From: Candidatus Andeanibacterium colombiense | GTDB taxonomy: Bacteria; Pseudomonadota; Alphaproteobacteria; Sphingomonadales; Sphingomonadaceae | Assembly (NCBI GenBank): GCA_029202985.1 | Contig: CP119316.1 | Coordinates: 297,767-361,766 of the forward strand | Reading direction: 5' to 3' | Length of the DNA stretch: 64,000 nt | Part shown: piece after piece, positions 1-8,662 of the stretch | How the letters are laid out: the number at the start of each line of letters is the position of its first letter | Numbering within the stretch: position 1 is the first letter of the stretch | Made by a program: the position numbers and the translations under genes | The notes under the pieces: model-generated | Told to the model about the DNA's origin: nothing | The model's input: only the letters and a program-made list of their open reading frames with translations | Database searches by the model: none

Positions 1-1786
1 GCAGGTCAAGCAGCTTGCCCTGCAAGTTCGCTTCCACGATCGTCTGACGCGTTAGCGAGCGGTTCTTGAGATCCGCGCGAATGGCCTCAAGACAATCTTC
101 CGAGAAACCGCCTGCCGGTGGGTTATAGAAGTTCAAACCGCTGGTGCAGGTAGCAGTGGAGGCACCAAACCCGCCTTGGCTGGGATTACCCGTGGCCTGG
201 AAACCCTCGCCGAAATGCCCCGAATTCAACACGGTGCGGAGACGTTCCAGCGAATAGATGCCGGTCTGCTTGGCATAGGTCGATGAGACACCATGGTTGG
301 CAGAAATGTCCCATGTCCAATCGGTACCCGGGATAAAGCCCTCAAGCCCCGCGATGAGATTATAAGTCATCACGTCCGTGAAGGTCTGCCGGTCGTCCGG
401 CATCAGCGCGGTGATCGAGAACGGGGCATAGGGATTGTCCCGACTCATCAGCAGATTCCAGAGATCTGTGCCGACGTCGTTCTGGTTGATAAGCTGGCGG
501 ACGCCTGAAGCATAATAATCAGGATCCGAGCTCTGGATCGTCGGATCATTCCGGAGAATATCCATCGTCACGCCCCAACCGCCGGTGATCGGGCCAGGCT
601 CGTTACGCGTCTCGGTGTGGACATGGCTGAACATCGCCTGGCCAAACACGCCGATCCAGTCGTTGATCTCGTAATTGCCGCGTGCCAGCACGTTGTAGCG
701 CTTCAGCGGCAAGACAAGCTGGAGATTGGTATTGTTCTGGCTAAGGAGGCCGTTGTCGGCGACCTTGTACTTATAATTGTCGATCGGGCCGGTGTAGCCT
801 TGGAAATTGTTATAAGTTGCATAAGGAGAACCATAATATCCCATCGGGAAACCGGGATTTGGCACGTCGGTGTAGTTGTTGTTTACGTACGGGTGGCCGT
901 TCTGGTCCAGATAAACCGTGACGCCGTTCGTATAAGGGCTCAATGTGGAGCCAGGGAATAACCCCGGGAGTGCGCTGGCGTAATTGCCGAGCTGACCATC
1001 GAGCAGGATTCCGGGACGGTCCACGAAGAATTGCGTACCGTTGACTTCGGGATCGGCCCAAAGTTCGCGATACCACTTGCGGTCGCGACGATAGCTCACG
1101 CCGCGATCGTTCATCGACATCGCCAGGCTGACGTTACCGCGACCGTCGTCGAAGTCGGCGCCCATGATGCCGGAAATCTGATATTCGAAGCCATCGCCGT
1201 GTTGGCTGACGCCCATCTGGCCGTCGAGTTCAAGCCCGTTGACGTCCTTCTTCAGGATGAAGTTGGTGACACCGGCCACGGCGTCGGCGCCGTAGGTGGC
1301 CGAAGCGCCGCCCGAGATGATCTCGATGCGCTGCACGGCGGCGGACGGAATGGTCGAGATGTCGATTACGCCCGATGCGTTGGCCGGCGTACCACGGCGC
1401 CCGTCGATCAAGACGAGGTTGCGGTTGGAGCCGATTCCGCGCAGCGACACCGTCGCGGCACCCGGAGTATTGGTAGCGGTCGGCTGGATGTCCGCACCGA
1501 GGCTCGGCGTCTGCGCCGGCGTGAACTGCGGCAGCTTGTTGAGGCTGGTTTCAATCGCGGCGGTCGAAGTGTTCTGCAGCAGCCCTTCGTCGACAGTCAC
1601 CGTCGGGCTGTTGTTCTCGTAGTCGGCGCGCTGAATGCGCGAACCGGTCACGATGATGGCATCGCCTTCCTTCTTTTCGCTGTCATCCTGCGCATAAGCA
1701 GGAACCGCCGTCAGCGCGATCGCGCTGACGGTTCCCGCGAGAAGCAAGGTTTTGAAGCCCTGCGTCCTGGTGAAAGTGGTGTTCAC
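1..1786 (-). CDS. TonB-dependent receptor (N-terminus complete, C-terminus runs off the window)
   Basis: Absent from the ORF track because it runs off the edge. My reverse-complement translation from GTG at 1786 reads VNTTFTRTQGFKTLLLAGTVSAIALTAVPAYAQDD..GDAIIVTGSRIQRADYENNSPTVTVDEGLL..AIETSLNKLPQF..VSLRGIGSNRNLVLIDGRR..VQRIEIISGGASATYGADAVAGVTNFILKKD. This is a signal peptide plus a TonB-dependent receptor plug domain. GGAGGG RBS complement at 1793-1799. Confidence 0.85.
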   Translation of the reverse strand, partial: MNTTFTRTQGFKTLLLAGTVSAIALTAVPAYAQDDSEKKEGDAIIVTGSRIQRADYENNSPTVTVDEGLLQNTSTAAIETSLNKLPQFTPAQTPSLGADIQPTATNTPGAATVSLRGIGSNRNLVLIDGRRGTPANASGVIDISTIPSAAVQRIEIISGGASATYGADAVAGVTNFILKKDVNGLELDGQMGVSQHGDGFEYQISGIMGADFDDGRGNVSLAMSMNDRGVSYRRDRKWYRELWADPEVNGTQFFVDRPGILLDGQLGNYASALPGLFPGSTLSPYTNGVTVYLDQNGHPYVNNNYTDVPNPGFPMGYYGSPYATYNNFQGYTGPIDNYKYKVADNGLLSQNNTNLQLVLPLKRYNVLARGNYEINDWIGVFGQAMFSHVHTETRNEPGPITGGWGVTMDILRNDPTIQSSDPDYYASGVRQLINQNDVGTDLWNLLMSRDNPYAPFSITALMPDDRQTFTDVMTYNLIAGLEGFIPGTDWTWDISANHGVSSTYAKQTGIYSLERLRTVLNSGHFGEGFQATGNPSQGGFGASTATCTSGLNFYNPPAGGFSEDCLEAIRADLKNRSLTRQTIVEANLQGKLLDL

Positions 1787-2355
1787 TGTGTACCCTCCCT
1801 TTTCAATCGTTAGGCAGTCGCAGCTGCCTGGAAAAATTCTTAAAATGCAGTGCGAGGCGTGCCGACGGCATTGCCGGCGGACGTGCGCAAGGCGATCGGC
1901 GAATTCGAAGTAGCGAAAGAAGATTGGAGCGATCGACGGGTTGCCCCCTGAAGGACATGCTCAGCGCACGTCCTCGCGTCGATCTCGGCAGCTGAACGCT
2001 GCGGTCCCCTCATGAAACACTCTCCCTACCCGAGGTCCGGTTCGATTCCGGCACTCCCGATCAGCTTTTTGACATTATTTGTCCAAATTGACCTTGTCTA
2101 GTCGGCAAGGTGCCTAATTTGACGAAAACGCAAACTGTGTCACGATAGTTACACCTTCGACACACAGCGGCGCGGATTTCAGCACAGCGGCTGTCACAGG
2201 CGCGGATTGATGCGCGAGGCAGCGTTGTCCGGGGGGCTGGTGGGAACCGCGAATAGGTTACACGCGGTAACAATCGGTGCGAATCGATATGTTGACGTTG
2301 TCTGAATTCGCTGACGGCGAAGGGATATGGCGTCACGGCTTTCGCGGCGGGGAGG

Positions 2356-2391
2356 CAATCTCCATCAATCGTCTATCAATCGTCCGCAATT
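2356..2391. promoter_or_regulatory. Helically phased CAATC repeat block (candidate operator) upstream of the tandem-MarR gene
   Basis: CAATC at 2356, 2366 and 2377, and CAATT at 2387 (10-11 bp spacing). Includes a tandem ATCAATCGTC at 2364-2373 and 2375-2384, about 100 nt upstream of the ATG at 2491. Confidence 0.3.
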
Positions 2392-2490
2392 GTGTTTACG
2401 CAGCTTGGGGAAGCGCGGAACGTCAAAGGACGTCGGCGCGATGGGAAGTTCGAGGGGAGTTGCGACCAGTATGGCCGGCGCGCAGAAGAG

Positions 2491-3789
2491 ATGCATTCCA
2501 TAGCGGGGCCCGGCGACGCGGCCGATTGGCGCGGCGCGCTTTGGGATTATGCCCATCGCCGCCGCAGCGACATTCTCGCGAGCCTTAGCGAGGGAAGGCC
2601 GATAGCGACGCGCGACGATGCGGCGCTGCTGCCGCTACTGAGCGGCCTGGGTACCCAGGCCGATGCCGCGCTGAGGCTGATCGACCGGGTGGCGATGGGG
2701 GCCGCGACCGAGGCTTTCGCTTCGGGATTGGCCGGTACGACTGTCGAGTTCGACAGCCAGCTGGACCGCATCCTCGACGGCTTTGCGCCAGCGATGCCCG
2801 AAGTGCAGGCGGCCGATGGGCGCCCGAAGATATTCCAGAGCGAGCTGTGGCAGATCCTGCACAAGGTGCGCGAAAGCGCCGAGCTCTCCTATGCCCGCGA
2901 GATCGACCTGGTCGAACTCGATCGGCGGATCCTGTTCCTGCTGAAGGGCAGGGGGCCGCTGGTGCCGGCCGGCCTGTCCTCCGCGGTCGGCGTGGACAAG
3001 GCGCAGGTGAGCCGCTCGGTCAAGCGCCTGCTCGAACTCAGGATGGTCCAGCGCGACCAGATCCGCAGCCCGGTTTCGCTTACCCGCAAGGGCGAGGCGC
3101 TGGCCGAGAAGCTGCTGCGCCTGGCCGACCTGCGCAACCGCGAATTGAGCTTCGACGTCAGCGATGCGGAACTGCAGGAATTCTTCTCGGTGATGGAGAT
3201 GCTGCTCGACCGCGCGGTCACGCTTTACGACCAGGAGCGGGAACTGGCGCAGAAGCACGGCCCGCTCGATCGCGATCACGAGGTCGGCGAAGGCTTCGAG
3301 CCGCGCCGGGCGAACGAGCCGATCCTGGTCGATCGCTCGCGGATCATCTCGCCGCTGCTGACGCTGAGCGCCTATTTCTCGCGGAGCGGGGCGCTTGCGT
3401 TCAAGCGGCTGACCGGGCTTTCGAACTTCGAGGCCTGGGTGCTGTCGGAAATCGGGATCAAGCCGCCCACCGACTGGTCGGAACTGGTCCGCGCGCTCGA
3501 GCGCGATCACAGCCAGGCCGGGCGCACGGTCAACCATCTGATCGAACGCGGGCTGGTGCTGCGCGACGGCAAGCCCGGCCGACGCCACGGACGCTTCTCG
3601 CCGAGCGAAGAAGGCCAGCGGCTGCACGACATCATCACCCAGACCGGGCTGAAGCGCAGCGCGTTCCTGCTGCAGCCCGTGCCGGTGCCGCAGCTCGAGA
3701 AATTCCTCGCGACCTTCGACAAGATCCGGCGCAACGCGGCGGCCCAGCTCGAACGCGAGCGCGCGTTCGAGGAACTCGACAGCCACTGA
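2491..3789 (+). CDS. Transcriptional regulator with two MarR-type winged-helix domains in one chain
   Basis: ORF 2392..3789. I prefer the ATG at 2491 because GC3 is low between 2392 and 2490. Two wHTH units: ILFLLKGRGPLVPAGLSSAVGVDKAQVSRSVKRLLELRMVQRD..LTRKGEAL and VLSEIGIKPPTDWSELVRALERDHSQAGRTVNHLIERGLVLRDG..SPSEEGQRL. Confidence 0.7.
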   Translation: MHSIAGPGDAADWRGALWDYAHRRRSDILASLSEGRPIATRDDAALLPLLSGLGTQADAALRLIDRVAMGAATEAFASGLAGTTVEFDSQLDRILDGFAPAMPEVQAADGRPKIFQSELWQILHKVRESAELSYAREIDLVELDRRILFLLKGRGPLVPAGLSSAVGVDKAQVSRSVKRLLELRMVQRDQIRSPVSLTRKGEALAEKLLRLADLRNRELSFDVSDAELQEFFSVMEMLLDRAVTLYDQERELAQKHGPLDRDHEVGEGFEPRRANEPILVDRSRIISPLLTLSAYFSRSGALAFKRLTGLSNFEAWVLSEIGIKPPTDWSELVRALERDHSQAGRTVNHLIERGLVLRDGKPGRRHGRFSPSEEGQRLHDIITQTGLKRSAFLLQPVPVPQLEKFLATFDKIRRNAAAQLERERAFEELDSH

Positions 3790-3834
3790 TCGGGTGCTGG
3801 CCCGGCACTCCGCCCGGCCGCGGCCCGCCCGGGC

Positions 3835-4404
3835 TTACTTCGTTCGGCGCACGCGCACGCCTTGCTGGCCGTCCACGATCATCAGGAAGCTGCCGAGCGA
3901 TGCCTTCTGGATCTCGACCAGCGCACCCTTGCGCGGAACGCGGAAGCTCCTGGCAACGGATTCGGAGAAGGTCCATTCGGCGCCGTCGTCCAGCGTGACC
4001 CGCCAGATGCCGGGCTCGCGCTCCGCGACATCGGTGATCTTGGCGCGGATTTCGTCCGGCCCTTCGCCGCGATCTTCGCCGCTCTGGAAGCGGTCGGGGC
4101 TCTTCATGCTCTTCGCGCCGAAGCCCTGCGCACCATTGCCGGAGCCGCCCGCGATCACCGCGCCGCCGCCCCGGACCGGGCCGCCCGCGCCGGGAATCGC
4201 GCCGCTCTGCACACCCATGCGGATATTGTTGTCGTAACAGGCGAGGCGCGCGCTCGGATCGGAGATCTTCGCGCATTCACGCATGATGCTGAGCACATTG
4301 GCATCGGAAGCCTGTGCGGCGGCGGGAGTGGCGGACGATGCGAGCGCGATCGTCGATACGAGGGCCGCGGTCCCCGCGAAGGCCTTCAAACGCTGCGCAT
4401 TCAT
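3835..4404 (-). CDS. Hypothetical secreted protein (Gly-rich centre)
   Basis: ORF 3835..4473. Internal ATG at 4404 is preceded by GAGGAG and starts a signal peptide, MNAQRLKAFAGTAALVSTIALASSATPAAAQA. I recognise no family. Confidence 0.6.
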   Translation of the reverse strand: MNAQRLKAFAGTAALVSTIALASSATPAAAQASDANVLSIMRECAKISDPSARLACYDNNIRMGVQSGAIPGAGGPVRGGGAVIAGGSGNGAQGFGAKSMKSPDRFQSGEDRGEGPDEIRAKITDVAEREPGIWRVTLDDGAEWTFSESVARSFRVPRKGALVEIQKASLGSFLMIVDGQQGVRVRRTK

Positions 4405-4488
4405 CGAAACTCTCCTCTCATCCGCCGGCATCCATGAAGCCGCGCCCCGGTTCGCGCAAGGTCTAACGCGCATCGCGATGGAATCCTT

Positions 4489-5409
4489 TCACCTTGTGGA
4501 AACGCCGTAGCGCTCCGTGTCCATCTCGCGCCGCGCGGCGACATATTTCAGCATCGCTTCGTGCCGCTTCGCCTGCCCGTCGAGATCGCTGTCGGCCGGC
4601 GGGATCGCGTCGAGCGCCTGCTGGAAGGTCGCCTCGAGCAGGCCGCGCGTTTCCGGATAGGGGATGACATAGAAGCGGTTCGCGACGATCGCCTGCTTCA
4701 CATGGCCGGCGAGCTCTTCGGGCTCCATCCCTTGCGAGTAGATATCGTGCAGCGCGGCGATCTCGCGCTCGTCCACCTTGTAGCCCGAATGGCCGAATTT
4801 CTCGGGCCGTGTGTTGATGCTTTCGGCGATGTTCGACTTGATGTTCGCCGGGGCGACCAGCGACACGCCGATGCCCTTGTCCTTCAGCGCATCGCGCATC
4901 GCCATGGTGATCCCGTGGACCGCGAATTTCGAGGCCGAATAGATCCCCGAGCCGGAGTTCGCATAGAAGCAGCCGAGCGAGGCGGTGTTGACGATATGCC
5001 CCCCGATACCGCGCGCGATCATCCGCGGCACGAAGGTCTGCATCAGATTGACCACGCCGCCGAGATTGACCCCGAAGACCCAGTCGTAATCGTCGTAGCT
5101 CGCCTGTTCGAGCGGCCCGAAGATCGAGACGCCGGCGGTGCCGAACAACATCGACACCGGGCCGAGCGCGCCTTCCGCCTCGTCCGCCGCGCGCGCGAAG
5201 GCCGCACGGTCGGTGATGTCGAGTTCGACGCCGTAAGCCTCGATCCCTTCCGCGCGCAGTTCGGCCACCGCCTGCTCCACCGCGGCGCCGCGAATGTCGG
5301 CGATCGCGACCTTGCAGCCCTCGCGGCCGAACACCTTGGCCTGGCCGAAGCCCGCACCCGAAGCGCCGCCGGTGATGAAGGCCGTGCGGCCCTTGAATTC
5401 GAATGTCAT
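4489..5409 (-). CDS. SDR family oxidoreductase
   Basis: ORF 4489..5478. Start MTFEFKGRTAFITGGASGAGFG (Rossmann TGxxxGxG) and catalytic YSASK. Confidence 0.85.
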   Translation of the reverse strand: MTFEFKGRTAFITGGASGAGFGQAKVFGREGCKVAIADIRGAAVEQAVAELRAEGIEAYGVELDITDRAAFARAADEAEGALGPVSMLFGTAGVSIFGPLEQASYDDYDWVFGVNLGGVVNLMQTFVPRMIARGIGGHIVNTASLGCFYANSGSGIYSASKFAVHGITMAMRDALKDKGIGVSLVAPANIKSNIAESINTRPEKFGHSGYKVDEREIAALHDIYSQGMEPEELAGHVKQAIVANRFYVIPYPETRGLLEATFQQALDAIPPADSDLDGQAKRHEAMLKYVAARREMDTERYGVSTR

Positions 5410-5737
5410 GTCTTTGTCGTTCCTCTTCCCCGGCGCCCGGCTAGCAGGGAAACCGGCCGGCGGCCAAGCGCGAAGCAATGTTGGATTCCAGAGTTACACA
5501 TGTGACACTCTGTCCGCCCTGGTGTCCGGTGGCCGAACGCGGCCCTCCGCGCGGGTTTGCGCGGCCTGGGGTGACACATCGCGTCCTGCGCGAAACGCAC
5601 CTCGGCCTGGGTCCGGAAAGCATTCGAATCGGTCGGTCCATCGGAAAATCGTGGCAGCTCGATCCGATGTAGGAAAATGGTTTGAACCGCGTCTTTGCCG
5701 GTTTCATATGCAGCGAAAGAACGAGAGGATAATCACG

Positions 5738-6766
5738 ATGGAAATGCGCAATCTGGGCGCCACCGGCATGAAGGTTTCGAGCCTGTGCCTCGGCACGATG
5801 ATGTTCGGGCCGATGGGCAATCCCGACCGCGAAGATTGCGTCAGGATCATCCACCGCGCGTTCGATGCGGGGATCAATTTCGTCGATACGGCGGACGTCT
5901 ATTCGCAGGGCGTGTCAGAAGAGATCGTCGGCGCGGCGCTCAAGAGCCGGCGCGACGACATCGTGGTCGCGACCAAGTTCTTCAATCCGATGGGCACGGA
6001 CCCGAACCGGCGCGGCGGCTCGCGCCGGTGGATCGAGCAGGCGGTCGACGACAGCCTGCGCCGCCTCGGGATCGACTATATCGATCTCTACCAGATGCAC
6101 CGCTGGGACGCCGCGACCGACATCGACGATACCTTGTTCACGCTGACCGAACTGGTCCGCAAGGGCAAGATCCGCAGCTTCGGCAGCTCGATGTTCCCGG
6201 CCGACCGGATCGTCGAGGCGCAATGGGTGGCCGACCGGCGCAACTATTTGCCGTTCCGCTGCGAACAGTCGGTCTATTCGATGTTCAACCGCGATATCGA
6301 GCGCTTCGTGCTGCCGGCCTGCACGCGTCACGGCATGGGCATGATCGTGTGGAGCCCGCTCGATGGCGGGTTCCTTTCAGGCAAATACAAGGCCAGCGCG
6401 GATTTCACCGACAACAGCCGGATCGTCAATTTTTCCAAACGCTTCACCGGCACATTCGATGCGGAATCCGAAGTGATCCAACGCAAGCTGGCGCTGATCC
6501 CGCAGCTCGAAAAGCTCGCCGGCGACGCGGGGATCACCCTGGCGCAGATGGCGGTCGGCTTCACCACCGAACATCCGGCGGTGACCAGCGCGATCATCGG
6601 GCCGCGCACGATGGAGCATCTCGAGACGTTGCTCGACGCGGGCGATCTGAAGCTCGATTCGGCGGTGCTGGACGCAATCGATACGCTGTGCCCGCCGGGG
6701 ACTTCGCTGAACCCGCTGGTCGATCTGCCGAGCGGGACGGGTAAGGATGCGATCCGGCGGGGGTGA
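5738..6766 (+). CDS. Aldo/keto reductase
   Basis: C-terminal part of ORF 5294..6766. ATG at 5738 follows a GAGAGG RBS. MEMRNLGATGMKVSSLCLGTMMFGP..INFVDTADVYS..IDLYQMHRWD is typical of the AKR family. Confidence 0.85.
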   Translation: MEMRNLGATGMKVSSLCLGTMMFGPMGNPDREDCVRIIHRAFDAGINFVDTADVYSQGVSEEIVGAALKSRRDDIVVATKFFNPMGTDPNRRGGSRRWIEQAVDDSLRRLGIDYIDLYQMHRWDAATDIDDTLFTLTELVRKGKIRSFGSSMFPADRIVEAQWVADRRNYLPFRCEQSVYSMFNRDIERFVLPACTRHGMGMIVWSPLDGGFLSGKYKASADFTDNSRIVNFSKRFTGTFDAESEVIQRKLALIPQLEKLAGDAGITLAQMAVGFTTEHPAVTSAIIGPRTMEHLETLLDAGDLKLDSAVLDAIDTLCPPGTSLNPLVDLPSGTGKDAIRRG

Positions 6767-6818
6767 AGGCGGGGCCTCCGTCCCCCGCCGCCCTGCCATC
6801 CCCCGCCATGCTTCCCTG

Positions 6819-6969
6819 CCCCGTCATCCTGAACTTGTTTCAGGATCCATTTCTCGATTTCCCCGGATCGTTGCGTGATCCGCGATGCTTTCAGACGCGC
6901 GCCGGTTCAAAACGCTCACGGCTGCGCTTCAGGCACTATGGATCCTGAAACAAGTTCAGGATGACGGGG
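6819..6969. repeat. MITE/BIME-like element with perfect 31-bp terminal inverted repeats
   Basis: CCCCGTCATCCTGAACTTGTTTCAGGATCCA at 6819-6849 is the exact reverse complement of 6939-6969. Each arm also holds an internal 8-bp hairpin (ATCCTGAA/TTCAGGAT). Lies in the AKR-ftsB intergenic gap. Confidence 0.8.
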
Positions 6970-7087
6970 TGGGTGAGACAGGGCGGGTGAAACGCGCGCG
7001 GTGAAAGGATGCGGGACACGGGGACAACCACTCAACCCGGCGAATAACCCGCCAAATTCCCTTGAATCCGCCCCTTATCTGTGATTC

Positions 7088-7411
7088 ATGGGACGGATCA
7101 TGCTGCGTTCGGACCCCAAGCTGCTCAGCCGCCGCGAAAAGCGGGTGCAGATGCTCGCGCTTGGCTGGCTGCTGCTGCTCGGCGGCATGGCGCTGGCGGG
7201 GCCGAGCGGCGTCCTCGCCTGGGGTGAAAACCTCTCGCTGCTCGAGAAGCGCGAGGCCGAGATCAAGGAGCTGCGGGCGGAGCGGAACGAGTTGCGCAAC
7301 CGCGTTGCGCTGCTCGATCCTGCGCATGTCGATCCCGACCTGGCGGGCGAACTGGTTCGCAAGAATCTCAACGTGATGCACCCCGACGAAGTCGTGCTCA
7401 CCTACAAGTAA
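7088..7411 (+). CDS. ftsB: Septum formation initiator family protein (FtsB/DivIC-like)
   Basis: 107 aa with one TM helix followed by a coiled coil (LLEKREAEIKELRAERNELRNRVALLD). Sits directly upstream of pdhA, as in many alphaproteobacteria. Confidence 0.75.
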   Translation: MGRIMLRSDPKLLSRREKRVQMLALGWLLLLGGMALAGPSGVLAWGENLSLLEKREAEIKELRAERNELRNRVALLDPAHVDPDLAGELVRKNLNVMHPDEVVLTYK

Positions 7412-7430
7412 CCAATCAGGTTACTTTTTT
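7408..7430 (+). terminator. Weak intrinsic terminator after ftsB
   Basis: GTAACC-AATCA-GGTTAC hairpin (the stop codon is inside the stem) followed by TTTTTT. Confidence 0.45.
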
Positions 7431-7569
7431 GCAAGTTCGGCACCTAATTCGATCCCGACCTTTTCGTAACAATGCATTCCGGGCGTTGCCTAGCCGCTCG
7501 GCTTGCGCTTATAGGCGGGGCGAAGGATGCCTCGCGCCGCACAGCGGCGCCTGACTAAGGAATGACCTC

Positions 7570-8661
7570 TTGGCAAAAGCCGCCTCCAAGTCCGCGACCT
7601 CCAGCAAGAAAAATGCCGAGCCCTCCGTAGCGGCCGACGACAATTTCGCTCTCCGCAGCCTGCAGGACGAGCATGGCGATCAGAAGCGTTACGACGCCAG
7701 CACCGAGGAATTCCTCGCGCTCTACGAGAAGATGCTGCTGATCCGCCGCTTCGAGGAACGCGCCGGGCAGCTTTACGGCCTCGGCCTGATCGGCGGTTTC
7801 TGCCACCTCTACATCGGCCAGGAAGCGGTCGCGGTCGGCATCCAGTCCGCGCTGAACGAAGGCAAGGACAGCGTCATCACCGGCTACCGCGATCATGGCC
7901 ACATGCTCGCCTACGGCATCGATCCGAAGATCATCATGGCCGAACTGACAGGGCGCCAGGCCGGGATCAGCCACGGCAAGGGCGGTTCGATGCACATGTT
8001 CTCGACCGAACATGCGTTTTACGGCGGCCACGGCATCGTCGGCGCGCAGGTGCCGCTCGGCGCCGGGCTCGCCTTCGCGCACAAATACCGCGAGGATGGC
8101 GGCATCTGCGTCGCCTATTTCGGCGACGGCGCGGCGAACCAGGGCCAGGTCTACGAGACTTTCAATATGGCTTCGCTGTGGGGGCTACCGATCGTATTCG
8201 TGATCGAGAACAACCAGTATGCGATGGGCACCTCGGTGCAGCGCAGCTCGGCCGAAACCCATTTCTACCGTCGCGGCACCGCGTTCCGGATTCCGGGCAT
8301 GCAGGTCGACGGGATGGACGTGCTCGAAGTGCGCCAGGCGACCGAGATCGCGGTCAAGCATGTCCGCGAGGGCAACGGCCCGGTGCTGATGGAACTCAAC
8401 ACCTATCGCTATCGGGGCCATTCGATGTCGGACCCGGCCAAGTATCGCACGCGCGAGGAAGTGGACGGGGTGCGCCAGACGCGCGACCCGATCGAACATG
8501 CGAAGGCCGAGCTGATCGAGCGCGGCATCCCGGAGGACAAATTGAAGCAGATCGACGCGGACATCCGCGCCAGGGTGACCGAAGCGGCCGATTTCGCCGA
8601 AAGCTCGCCGGAACCCGCGCCTGAAGAACTCTACACCGACATTCTGGTGGGGAGCTACTGA
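7570..8661 (+). CDS. pdhA: Pyruvate dehydrogenase E1 component subunit alpha
   Basis: 363 aa. TTG start 7 nt after AAGGAA. Conserved TPP-binding E1-alpha sequence ([52 protein letters not shown]). Confidence 0.95.
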   Translation: MAKAASKSATSSKKNAEPSVAADDNFALRSLQDEHGDQKRYDASTEEFLALYEKMLLIRRFEERAGQLYGLGLIGGFCHLYIGQEAVAVGIQSALNEGKDSVITGYRDHGHMLAYGIDPKIIMAELTGRQAGISHGKGGSMHMFSTEHAFYGGHGIVGAQVPLGAGLAFAHKYREDGGICVAYFGDGAANQGQVYETFNMASLWGLPIVFVIENNQYAMGTSVQRSSAETHFYRRGTAFRIPGMQVDGMDVLEVRQATEIAVKHVREGNGPVLMELNTYRYRGHSMSDPAKYRTREEVDGVRQTRDPIEHAKAELIERGIPEDKLKQIDADIRARVTEAADFAESSPEPAPEELYTDILVGSY

Positions 8662-8662
8662 G

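Noticed and set aside
2034-2058. tRNA-like T-arm fragment (GGTCCGG-TTCGATT-CCGGCACTCCC), which could mark a tRNA pseudogene or an integrase att remnant.
   Set aside because: I found no complementary 5' acceptor strand, D-arm or anticodon arm within about 80 nt upstream. The stem is only 4 bp. There is no integrase or second repeat copy nearby. Too short to distinguish from chance.
1787-2110. Possible riboswitch (cobalamin or TPP) in the long leader of the TonB-dependent receptor.
   Set aside because: Reading the minus-strand leader, I found no B12 box (GCCACTG-like) and no TPP CTGAGA/ACCTGA core. Without a covariance-model scan this cannot be supported, so it is kept only as a generic possible structured leader in the intergenic finding.
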